NCBI GenBank assembly: GCA_002500485.1 | Contig: DLRJ01000028.1 | Location: 1 to 60,920, forward strand | Direction of reading: 5' to 3' | Length of the DNA: 60,920 bases | From: Dehalococcoidia bacterium UBA7891 | GTDB lineage: Bacteria > Chloroflexota > Dehalococcoidia > Lucifugimonadales > UBA826 | Shown: one piece after another, positions 1 to 8,779 of the stretch | Position numbering within the stretch: the stretch's first letter is position 1 | Layout: each line of letters begins with the position of its first letter | Notes under the pieces: model-generated | What the model was told of the DNA's origin: nothing | Seen by the model: the letters and a program-made list of their open reading frames with translations, nothing else | Database searches by the model: none | Translations under genes and position numbers: made by a program

Positions 1-790
1 TTGAAATCCTCTTTTACCTGATTCCCAGTTATGAATTCCTTTACGATTAAATGTTGCCAATTTAAAGTTTTATGTTGCCTATTTTAAAATATAGATTAAA
101 GAAATGGTATTTATACTGCTTAAATAATATACACGTATTCCTGTATCTTTCAAGGATATTTAAAAACTCATTTCAAAGATTTGTTAGGCTATTTCCTAAA
201 CATGTAATTAATCGGGGAATGTAAAAAAAATTGCGAAGTAAGTATTTAAAACCCTATGGAACTGTGGTCTCATAATTTCGGGTGAGGGGGCGAAAATTAT
301 GGTGTATTTAGTTCACGGCAACCTATTGCAGAGGTGCCAAGTATTAGTTATCAGGATAAACGGGATTGAGCTTTCATTTAATATGGCCCCAGCCCTTTAA
401 ATGCACCCGAGTAAAACGAAATGAGTAAAGAAGTCATTATGGTAATTGCTTGAATAACGTTCCGAAAAAAATATTGGGGAATGGTAAATTTAGGCCGCCG
501 GATTGCCAGGATAGAAGAAATAAATCCCAATTAGGGTTCTTTAAATAAGAGGTTGGGTGCCTTATTAATAAAACGATTAAGTAGAGCCCACTCCGGTCAA
601 GGAGCCAACTTTACCGAAAACTATGGGTGTGGAGATAGATTTATTTGAGCCGGTTTCGGATAAAAAAAATACCGATCCCAATGACAAAACCGGCTGCTGT
701 AAGTTCAACATTTCCTTTTACAAGCCCTCCGGTAACGAGCCCCAATGACAGAGAAAATAGACCGACAAGGATAAACCACCCCTTACTCAT
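1..790 (-). pseudogene. Frameshift-riddled membrane-protein CDS (pseudogene or low-quality sequence); intact 49-codon N-terminal ORF at 641-790
   Basis: ATG at 790 with AAAGGA upstream reads MSKGWFILVGLFSLSLGLVTGGLVKGNVELTAAGFVIGIGIFFIRNRLK* (stop at 641). Hydrophobic text continues in shifted frames downstream (e.g. RNVIQAITIMTSLLISFYSGAFKG near 465-390), with breaks at homopolymer runs. The left boundary is not defined. Confidence 0.4.
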
Positions 791-900
791 AGAATACTTT
801 CCTTTGTATTAATCGACTTTAACGTTTATCTTAACCGGTAAGAGGACATTACAAATAGATTGTTTAGGGCAGTCTTCAGTAGGTATATCAAGGAGTAGGC

Positions 901-1392
901 ATGGATACTGAGATTTTGCGACTGGCGAACCTAACGGCGGATCTTCTAATTGAAACTAATCAAACTATCGGAATTGCGGAATCATCTTCTGGTGGTCTCA
1001 TTTCAGCGCATTTACTGGCGATACCCGGAGCTTCTAAGTTTTTTATGGGTGGATCGGTGATTTATACCAGAGTAGCCCAACGCAATTTATTGGGAGTGAA
1101 TGATGAAGAAATGGAAGGATTAAGAGCTTCCACAGAGCAATATGCCTCTCTAAATGCCAAAATGATACGGAAATTGTTGGGTACTACATGGGGACTGAGT
1201 GAAACTGGCGCTACGGGTCCTACCGGGAATCGATATGGAGATTCCGCTGGACATTCTTGTATTGGTGTTTCGGGTCCCTTATCACGCACTAAAACTATGG
1301 AAACCGGAGAGGAAAAAAGAGAGGAAAATATGCTCTCTTTTACCAAGGCTTCTTTGGTGTTTTTAATAGGATGCTTGGAAGAGAATCGTTAG
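901..1392 (+). CDS. CinA C-terminal / PncC (NMN deamidase)-family protein
   Basis: AESSSGG, GGSVIY and SETGATGP motifs; AGGAG RBS upstream. The usual catalytic Lys position appears to be Gln. Confidence 0.85.
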   Translation: MDTEILRLANLTADLLIETNQTIGIAESSSGGLISAHLLAIPGASKFFMGGSVIYTRVAQRNLLGVNDEEMEGLRASTEQYASLNAKMIRKLLGTTWGLSETGATGPTGNRYGDSAGHSCIGVSGPLSRTKTMETGEEKREENMLSFTKASLVFLIGCLEENR

Positions 1393-1449
1393 GTTTGTTG
1401 CGTTATGAGATAGAAGCAAAAATTTGATATTTAACCCGAAGTCTTTATT

Positions 1450-2721
1450 TTAATTTTTGGACATAAAGTTTCTTTCGGGAGTCCCCATAGCATTCAAGGC
1501 AAGGATTCCTATGGCCATAACAATCACAGTTCCATAGAAAATCGGGCGATAGCTATCAAGGTTGTCGTAGGATAAACCAGCTAGCAAAGGGCCAACGGCG
1601 AATGATACAGCCGTACCGTATCCCGCAACCCCCATGATACTGGCAAAACTTTTCAGGCCAAAATAATCCTGAACAATCATGTTTGTAAGTGTTCCAAATG
1701 CTCCCATGCAAAGACCCCAGAGTGGGGAGCAAACCCAGATGATTCCGGGGACAGTGGGATTTACCGACAATAGGAGGGCTACCGATAATCCAAAAAAAGA
1801 TACCATCATGGCATAGCGGGCGGTTATTTTTTCGCCCAGAATGCCAAATACTAGTTTTCCACTCATCCCAGCAAGTGCCAAAATGCTCATAGCTGTGGCA
1901 GCTGTAGTGGAATTCACCCCTTCATTAACGTAATGAGATATGAGCTGCGGTAATAAAGAGGCAAATGGTGTAGCTCCCACGAGAAATATATATAGAAGAA
2001 TATAGAGGGTTTTTGACCGTGCTGCCTCGGATATGGACATCCCTGGGAGTTGTGCCGGTTCTGAAGAAGTGCTCGATAGGTTGCTTGGTACTTTTAGGGT
2101 TAGCAATCCCATTTTGGGTTCCCGTAGCGCTAGAAGTACCGCCACCGCTACCAAAGAAGTTAATAATCCTTGCAGGTAATAACCGGATTGCCATCCCCCG
2201 AGAGCAATTACCGCTCCAATAATTCCAGGCATAACTACCCCACCGAAATTATTACCCATCATTGCAATTCCCATGACCCTGCCTCGTGTGTTGGGAAACC
2301 ATAATCCAACAATTCGGCCGACAGGAGTCATTGTGGCAGAGAAGCCGGCATATTGTAGAAAACTTAAAGCGTACCAATGCCAAAGCTCGGTCATCATTGG
2401 TCTCATGATGTAACTTAAAGCCGTAAGACTTACGCATAAAGCGACTATGATCCTTGGCCCTTTACTGTCTATAATCCGACCAAATAAAGGACCGAGGATT
2501 TGACCAATTGCTAGAAAGGAAAGAGAAGCGTTGATCTGCGTGCGAGTCCAGCCAAATTCTGCTGACATTTCATCACCGAATAAAGCGAATGTGTAGGTGC
2601 TAAACCCGACAAGAGCGGTTGATATGCTGAAACAAACCGCCACTGCCCACCATCCATTAATTGGGTTTAACGGGTTCCAAGTAGAACCGTATTTGTTGGA
2701 GTTAGTTGCCGATTTATTCAA
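1450..2721 (-). CDS. MFS transporter (OFA/MCT-like)
   Basis: About 12 hydrophobic segments; motif A GRIIDSKGPR; WFPNTRGR. Confidence 0.9.
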   Translation of the reverse strand: MNKSATNSNKYGSTWNPLNPINGWWAVAVCFSISTALVGFSTYTFALFGDEMSAEFGWTRTQINASLSFLAIGQILGPLFGRIIDSKGPRIIVALCVSLTALSYIMRPMMTELWHWYALSFLQYAGFSATMTPVGRIVGLWFPNTRGRVMGIAMMGNNFGGVVMPGIIGAVIALGGWQSGYYLQGLLTSLVAVAVLLALREPKMGLLTLKVPSNLSSTSSEPAQLPGMSISEAARSKTLYILLYIFLVGATPFASLLPQLISHYVNEGVNSTTAATAMSILALAGMSGKLVFGILGEKITARYAMMVSFFGLSVALLLSVNPTVPGIIWVCSPLWGLCMGAFGTLTNMIVQDYFGLKSFASIMGVAGYGTAVSFAVGPLLAGLSYDNLDSYRPIFYGTVIVMAIGILALNAMGTPERNFMSKN

Positions 2722-2795
2722 AATGTCTCGGTATTGTGAAATGTCAGCAGAATTTCTATATTCAAAAGCTAGTCTGATTCCTCAAATTGAATTGG

Positions 2796-2824
2796 TTGAC
2801 TGAAAATGTGCATTAACATACTAT
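2796..2824 (+). promoter_or_regulatory. Putative sigma70 promoter of the RND gene
   Basis: TTGACT (2796-2801), 17-nt spacer, TACTAT (2819-2824), about 115 nt upstream of ATG 2940. Confidence 0.5.
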
Positions 2825-2939
2825 TTATAAATATAAATTGTTTTATGTAACAAAAAATACCCAATGTTATCTGATTTCTATCTGTTTGCTCATATCATCG
2901 CTAATGGAACGAAATTAGTAAATTCTACAAAGGACTAAT

Positions 2940-5900
2940 ATGAGCTACATTACGGATTTGGCCCTTCGTAGAGGGTCGGTGACGGTTTTAGCCTTCATTA
3001 TTATTTTAGGTGCGGGTATATTCACTTTCATTTCCTTACCTGTCGAGGTATTACCCAGAGTCCAGTTTCCCTTATTAACAGTTAATGTAGATTATCTGAA
3101 TGCTGGTTCAGAGGAAGTGGTTGAAGCAGTGACTCAGCCATTAGAGCAGCACATTTCCGGTTTAGGTAATTTGGAATCTATTCAATCCACTTCCGTGGAG
3201 GGTAAATCGATACTTCTGCTTTTTTACGAATATGGGTCCAATATGGATCAGGCGAAAAAAGATTTGGAAGCACGATTGGTCTCACTGGAATTGCCAGATG
3301 GAGCCACTGTGCCCAATGTGAGAGGAATCGATCCGGGTAGCGAGCCTATATTGCAGTTGAGCTTAACCCGGAGTGAAGGTGATTTCTCTTCTCTATCTGA
3401 TGTGGCTGAAAGCCAAATTGAACCAAGTTTGAATTCTGTTCAGGGAATTCAAAATGTAGCGGTTACCGGAAATCAAATATTCGACCTCTTAGTAGCGTTG
3501 GACCATGATGCATTGGCACGTTTTGATATTTCAATGGCGGATATCTCCAAAATTCTTGCAGAGAGTAATTTTTCTGTTCCATCCGGATATTTATTTGATG
3601 GGTCAAAAATGGTTTCAGTTCGAACTAGCAATAGTGTTTCTTCGATCGAGGATGTAAAGCAAATATCTGTTGGTTCTACTGATGGGAAAGTGATAACCCT
3701 AATTGACGTTGCAATTGTATCTCTTGTGCCTTCCCCGACCAATTCCATATCTCGCACCAATGGAATACAGAGTTTAGGTATAAGTGTCACAAAAGATCCT
3801 GACGCTAACACGGTGGATGTTTCGGCTGTTGCCTTATCTAAAGTTATGGCTATCGCGAATGCAGAAAAAATTCAAGTTGTGGAAATCTACAATGGGGGAC
3901 CTGAAATCGAAAGCCAATTGAACACTCTCAAAAGTGAAGGGATGTACGGGTTTATTTTCGCCGTTATCGGAGTGTTTCTTTTTCTTCTTAACGTTCGTGG
4001 TGGTGTTCTAAAAGGCCTTACACTTTCCTTAAGACCTACTTCAGTAATAGCATTGACCATACCCATCAGTATTTTGGGAGGCGTTCTGTTGATGGGTTTT
4101 ACCGACCTCACTTTGAACATTATGACTTTAGGGGGCCTGGCCATATCCGTCGGTCGGGTAGTCGACGATAGTATAGTTGTACTTGAAAATGTGTATCGAC
4201 ACATGCAGAGAGGAGAAAGCCCTAAAGTTGCGGCTTTAAATGCAACAAGGGAAGTTGCCGCTCCGATAACAGCTTCGACTCTTACTACGATTGTAGTCTT
4301 TGCTCCTCTGGGTTTTATTCAAGGCATAGTAGGTTCTTTCTTTTCCCCTTTTTGTTTGTCGGTTACATTTGCTCTGATTTCCTCTCTGCTTGTTTCAGTA
4401 ACTTTCGTCCCCGTAGCAGGTGCTTTTTTACTGAGACTGGGAGATCTTACCCCAGGTGATGACACCGAACCTTCCCTTACGACAATTCAGAGGATATATA
4501 AACCTACTTTGGAGTGGGCACTTACACACAAGCTAGCCTCGGTTGGAATTGCCTTGATATTGTGTGTAGGCAGCTTGGGTCTTTTGCGATTTATTCCGGT
4601 TACATTGTTTCCGGCAGGACCAGATAGATATATTTCTATCGACATTTCTGTTTCACCCAGTGCGACTACTGAAGAAAAAGATGCTGCCGTTCTGAGCGTT
4701 GAATCAGAACTTGAGAGATTGCGTATAGCAGGAAATGTCGAGAACTATTTGACTACGATAGGCGGTATAGGGATAGCATCTTTTCCTGGCGCGGGGCCAC
4801 TAGAAAGTGCAAATATATTTGTGAATATTGATAATTCGGCGCCATCTGATATTGCCGATACTTTGAGAGATGCTCTCCCATCGACTGATGGCCGAACCTA
4901 CAGAGTTGAAGAAGGTACGGGAGGGCCGCCGGCCGCCGGGCTTGAATTACAGATAATCGGCACTTCTTTTGAAGATGTAACACGTGCCAATTCCCAATTA
5001 ATGGAAGCTATAACGACTGTTAAGGGAATTGAGAACATTGAAAGTGACCTTACTGGTTTGAGACCAGAAATGCTCTTAAAGGTTGATTCAGAAGCAGCTT
5101 CTAAAATCGGACTTACACCCAGAGAAGTAGCACAAAGAGTAAGTGAACCTATGAAAGGTCAAACTGTTGGTAACTATGTCATAGATGGTAAAGACGTAAA
5201 AGTAATACTTAGAGTTGGTAGAGGAATGTATGGAGGTATGGGTTCTTTTGATGATGTGATGATTTCAGGTCCTCTTGGAGATGTTTCTATAGAGGAATTG
5301 GTTGATCCTGTGTTACAGGAGGCTCCAATTGCGGTTGGAAGAACCAACGGGAAAAGATCGGCGACAATAACAGGTATGATAACCGATGAGGATGCCAGGG
5401 CGGTTGGCTTGGAAGTCGAGAAAATAAGGTATTCTGTTGAGCAAAATAACCCTGGAGTTATCATTGAGTCGGGGGGAATATTTGCAGATATAGCTGAGGG
5501 GTTTCAAGATATATTTTTAGCAATGGCTATAAGTATTGTTCTAGTGTATTTGGTGATGGTTGGTAGCTTAGGGTCGTTGAGGAACCCGTTTGTAATACTT
5601 TTCAGCTTGCCTTTGGCAGGAATAGGTGCTTTGGTTGGACTAGCTGTTACCGGAAGTTCCTTGGGGTTACCCTCAATGATGGGGTTGTTGTTGTTGATCG
5701 GCCTTGTCGTGACGAATGCTATCGTATTGATAGCGTTTGTACAGCAATTACAAGACAAGGGTATGTCTGTTCGTGATTCCCTTATTGAAGGGGGAGTAGT
5801 GAGGTTGCGCCCGATATTGATGACTGCTATCACTACTGCAGCGGCCTTGATTCCACTTGCGGTTTTTGTCGGAGATGAAGGAGGAGGAATTATAGGGTCT

Positions 5901-6023
5901 GATTTGGCGATTGTTGTTATCGGAGGCTTGGCTAGTTCCACATTTCTGACCTTGCTCATTATCCCCATAATTTATGAGTTTATGCATGAAACGATTCCTA
6001 ATCTTTTAAGATTAAAAAGATAG
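2940..6023 (+). CDS. RND permease, AcrB/AcrD/AcrF family (SwrC-like)
   Basis: 1027 aa; GRVVDDSIVVLEN in TM4; RLRPILMT near the C-terminus; two large extracytoplasmic loops. No adaptor or outer-membrane factor gene is adjacent. Confidence 0.93.
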   Translation: MSYITDLALRRGSVTVLAFIIILGAGIFTFISLPVEVLPRVQFPLLTVNVDYLNAGSEEVVEAVTQPLEQHISGLGNLESIQSTSVEGKSILLLFYEYGSNMDQAKKDLEARLVSLELPDGATVPNVRGIDPGSEPILQLSLTRSEGDFSSLSDVAESQIEPSLNSVQGIQNVAVTGNQIFDLLVALDHDALARFDISMADISKILAESNFSVPSGYLFDGSKMVSVRTSNSVSSIEDVKQISVGSTDGKVITLIDVAIVSLVPSPTNSISRTNGIQSLGISVTKDPDANTVDVSAVALSKVMAIANAEKIQVVEIYNGGPEIESQLNTLKSEGMYGFIFAVIGVFLFLLNVRGGVLKGLTLSLRPTSVIALTIPISILGGVLLMGFTDLTLNIMTLGGLAISVGRVVDDSIVVLENVYRHMQRGESPKVAALNATREVAAPITASTLTTIVVFAPLGFIQGIVGSFFSPFCLSVTFALISSLLVSVTFVPVAGAFLLRLGDLTPGDDTEPSLTTIQRIYKPTLEWALTHKLASVGIALILCVGSLGLLRFIPVTLFPAGPDRYISIDISVSPSATTEEKDAAVLSVESELERLRIAGNVENYLTTIGGIGIASFPGAGPLESANIFVNIDNSAPSDIADTLRDALPSTDGRTYRVEEGTGGPPAAGLELQIIGTSFEDVTRANSQLMEAITTVKGIENIESDLTGLRPEMLLKVDSEAASKIGLTPREVAQRVSEPMKGQTVGNYVIDGKDVKVILRVGRGMYGGMGSFDDVMISGPLGDVSIEELVDPVLQEAPIAVGRTNGKRSATITGMITDEDARAVGLEVEKIRYSVEQNNPGVIIESGGIFADIAEGFQDIFLAMAISIVLVYLVMVGSLGSLRNPFVILFSLPLAGIGALVGLAVTGSSLGLPSMMGLLLLIGLVVTNAIVLIAFVQQLQDKGMSVRDSLIEGGVVRLRPILMTAITTAAALIPLAVFVGDEGGGIIGSDLAIVVIGGLASSTFLTLLIIPIIYEFMHETIPNLLRLKR

Positions 6024-6083
6024 CTGCTTAAACAATTAAATGTTAGTCTTCAGGGATGATTTATTTTCGATTGATAGTGTCTG

Positions 6084-7385
6084 TTGCCTTCTGAAATAAC
6101 CCAGAATTCATCTGAAAACTCCCCCCGTGGTATTTACAAGGGCTGGGTAGTAGTAGCTGTATCCTTTCTATCTATTGGAGGGTCAATAGGTTTTGCTCAA
6201 TATGGGTTTGGTCTCTTTATAGTTCCCCTGCAAGAAGAGTTTGGATGGACAAGAACTCAGATCAATTTTGCTATAACACTCGGGGTATTAGGTCATTTTG
6301 TTTCACCTTTAATAGGTCGCACTATAGATGTCTTTGGATCTAGGTATGTTATGGCGGTTTCTTTGGGCTTTATAGCGGTAGGGTTTTTCCTCAGATCAAT
6401 GATGGCTGAATTATGGCAATTTTATTTGTTCTCTCTCCTGGTTTTTACCGGTACCCCCGGTACTGGATTGGCCACTGGACGTTTGGTGCAGTTATGGTTT
6501 CCTGAAACTCGTGGACGCATGATGGGTTTTGTTACTGCAGGAAACAATTTTGGGGGTATGATTTCGATACCGGTACTAACTCTTGTTATTGCTTTTGGAG
6601 GTTGGAGAAGCGGATTTCTTTTTACCGCAATTTTTCTGGGAGTATTGTCGATTGCCTCCTTCATTTTCGTAAGAGACGGTATTGAATTCGTGTTAAAGGA
6701 ACAAAATAAACGTTGGGCCCCCAGAGGCCTTAATCAGTATTCTTCGAAAAAAGTGTTTGATGGGTTATCAGTTCGGTCAGCCTTGCTAACCAGGGCATTC
6801 TGGTTTATTGCGACCGGGATGACCCTACAGCAGTTTGTGAGAACCACTCTAGTCACACAACTGGCTGCCCACTTACAAGATATTCAACTTTCACCTGACA
6901 AAATAGGTCTATGTCTTTCCGTTCTGGCATTTGGTGGAGTAGCCTCTAAAATCATATTTGGAAGGGTTAGTGAGAATACTACTGCCAGGTGGGCCTATGC
7001 GATAGTTGTGGGGATTCAGGTTGTAGGTGTGGCGGCCTTTGTATTTTTTTCCTCTGATAACTTTGTTTTGATTTTTATTTCATTATCGATTTTTGGTCTT
7101 GGAATGGGGGGTATAGGTGCTCTCGGGCCGTTGGCTGTAACTGAACTTTTTGGCATGAAAAATTACGGGACTCTGAATGGTTTGATTCGGCAGGGAGTTA
7201 TAATTCCCGGGATAGTTGGTCCCTTATTAGCCGGGGCTATTTATGACAGTCAGGGAAGTTACGATCTAGCTTTCAAAATAATTTTGGGATTTTTGTTTTT
7301 ATCGTTCTTATGTTTTGTTTCAGCTAGCCCTCCGGCAAGGAAAGAAGATTTCCGAGACCAGAGGGCTGTCGATTCTAAACTCTAA
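6084..7385 (+). CDS. MFS transporter (OFA/MCT-like)
   Basis: 12 TM pattern; GRTIDVFGSR; WFPETRGR; TTG start. Confidence 0.9.
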   Translation: MPSEITQNSSENSPRGIYKGWVVVAVSFLSIGGSIGFAQYGFGLFIVPLQEEFGWTRTQINFAITLGVLGHFVSPLIGRTIDVFGSRYVMAVSLGFIAVGFFLRSMMAELWQFYLFSLLVFTGTPGTGLATGRLVQLWFPETRGRMMGFVTAGNNFGGMISIPVLTLVIAFGGWRSGFLFTAIFLGVLSIASFIFVRDGIEFVLKEQNKRWAPRGLNQYSSKKVFDGLSVRSALLTRAFWFIATGMTLQQFVRTTLVTQLAAHLQDIQLSPDKIGLCLSVLAFGGVASKIIFGRVSENTTARWAYAIVVGIQVVGVAAFVFFSSDNFVLIFISLSIFGLGMGGIGALGPLAVTELFGMKNYGTLNGLIRQGVIIPGIVGPLLAGAIYDSQGSYDLAFKIILGFLFLSFLCFVSASPPARKEDFRDQRAVDSKL

Positions 7386-8298
7386 TAAATTTTTGAAGTC
7401 GGGCACCGTCTAAAGTTTCGCCAACATATAGGCTTCCCTCTGAGTCGACCCCAACTGCGTGAGCGGCCACTAAATCACCAGCTGTATGTGTGTCTGCGCC
7501 CCATCCACCCAGCCACTGTCCGTTTTTTGTCATAATTTTGACTCCGGAATGAGGAGTAACAACGGTGACTTCATCTGCATCAGGACTAGTTCCCTGCCTC
7601 ATGCCAAGTTCAGCCACGTACATTGCTCCGTCACTACCATGCAAAATTTCATTCGGTCTGTGGACGCCTCTCCATTCCGAGACATATTGTCCTGATGATG
7701 TGAAAATCTGAATTCGGCTGTTCTCACGGTCTGCCACATAAACGAGACCAGAAGGGTCTACTTCAACGCCGTGAGGAATCATAAATTGTCCGGGTCCCGT
7801 TCCTCTTTCACCCCATGATCCAATCAACTTCCCTTGAGGTGTGTAATGATGAATTCTGGAGTTACCGTATCCGTCAGAAATATAGATTGATCCATCAAGA
7901 CCAAAAGCTATGTCAGTGGGTTTGTTAAATGGTTCGCCACTTTGTTCAGGCGCGGGCTCATTTGGGGTACCCAGCATCATCAACTGATCGCCTTCGGCAG
8001 ACCACTTTCGTACAGTATGGTCACCAATATCGGTTGTCCATATGGAATCGGCGGGGCCGACTTGTACGTGATGGGCCGATGAGAAACTATCCTCACCCCA
8101 CGTGCCTAAAATAGTTCCGTTTTTATCTAATACAATCATTGGGTGTTCGCTTCTGTTGTAGGCGAAAATACGATCTTGACTATCAACACATACCCCCACC
8201 ACGTGATTCCATTCCCAGCCACTTGGTAAAGGAGCCCATTCGGGAACATTTTCATATGTGTACTCGCCATAACTTACTCGTAAAGGTTTAGTTGCCAT
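7375..8298 (-). CDS. NHL-repeat beta-propeller, peptidyl-alpha-hydroxyglycine alpha-amidating lyase (PAL)-like
   Basis: FNKPTDIAF, DGYGNSRI, GPGQFMIPHG and VADRENSRIQ motifs; AAGGAG RBS; no signal peptide. Confidence 0.88.
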   Translation of the reverse strand: MATKPLRVSYGEYTYENVPEWAPLPSGWEWNHVVGVCVDSQDRIFAYNRSEHPMIVLDKNGTILGTWGEDSFSSAHHVQVGPADSIWTTDIGDHTVRKWSAEGDQLMMLGTPNEPAPEQSGEPFNKPTDIAFGLDGSIYISDGYGNSRIHHYTPQGKLIGSWGERGTGPGQFMIPHGVEVDPSGLVYVADRENSRIQIFTSSGQYVSEWRGVHRPNEILHGSDGAMYVAELGMRQGTSPDADEVTVVTPHSGVKIMTKNGQWLGGWGADTHTAGDLVAAHAVGVDSEGSLYVGETLDGARLQKFIRV

Positions 8299-8386
8299 TA
8301 CTTTCTCCTTGAAATATTCGTTGTCTGATCGCAGAAGCCTTACTTAGATAGAGGTTTTTTTGTAGGATCGGAACTATACTTTGTTA

Positions 8387-8402
8387 ATTGAATGTATTCA
8401 AT
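8387..8402. promoter_or_regulatory. Perfect 7-2-7 palindrome, candidate operator
   Basis: ATTGAAT-GT-ATTCAAT in the divergent intergenic region, about 25 nt upstream of the -35 box at 8427. Confidence 0.4.
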
Positions 8403-8426
8403 ATATGGAATCTCCATTTGTGTTGT

Positions 8427-8455
8427 TTGACAGTAATTTTAGTGAACGATAGACT
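8427..8455 (+). promoter_or_regulatory. sigma70 promoter of the Cys-rich mini-protein
   Basis: TTGACA (8427-8432), 17-nt spacer, TAGACT (8450-8455). Confidence 0.65.
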
Positions 8456-8518
8456 CTTTGCAGAGAACGTGAGTCACTTGATACTGTTTTATTAATGAGC
8501 GTGAATTAAGGGGAAAAA

Positions 8519-8710
8519 ATGGCGAAATATAGTTGTGGGGATTGCGGAATGGAAGTACATCCTATTACGTGTGGGAAATGTGGAACAGAATTGACCCATG
8601 TAAATATTGAGAAGGATGACGGTACTACAGTTGGTGTAGCAGAATGTACTAACGGCTGTGGCAAAATCAAGTCACCAATGTGTTGCGGACATGATATGGC
8701 TGCCGCGTAG
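8519..8710 (+). CDS. 63-aa Cys-rich metal-binding protein (desulforedoxin/zinc-ribbon-like)
   Basis: 8 Cys arranged CxxC..CxxC..CxxxC..CC-GxxM; AAGGGG RBS; own promoter and terminator. Confidence 0.8.
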   Translation: MAKYSCGDCGMEVHPITCGKCGTELTHVNIEKDDGTTVGVAECTNGCGKIKSPMCCGHDMAAA

Positions 8711-8735
8711 GTGGACTAATTTGAACAGAGTAATG

Positions 8736-8769
8736 AAATGGGTCGCTCAAAAGCGACCCATTTTTATTT
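8736..8769 (+). terminator. Rho-independent terminator
   Basis: AAATGGGTCGCT-CAAA-AGCGACCCATTT (12-bp inverted repeat, 8736-8763) running into TTATTT, 25 nt after the stop at 8710. Confidence 0.85.
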
Positions 8770-8779
8770 GATATCACTT

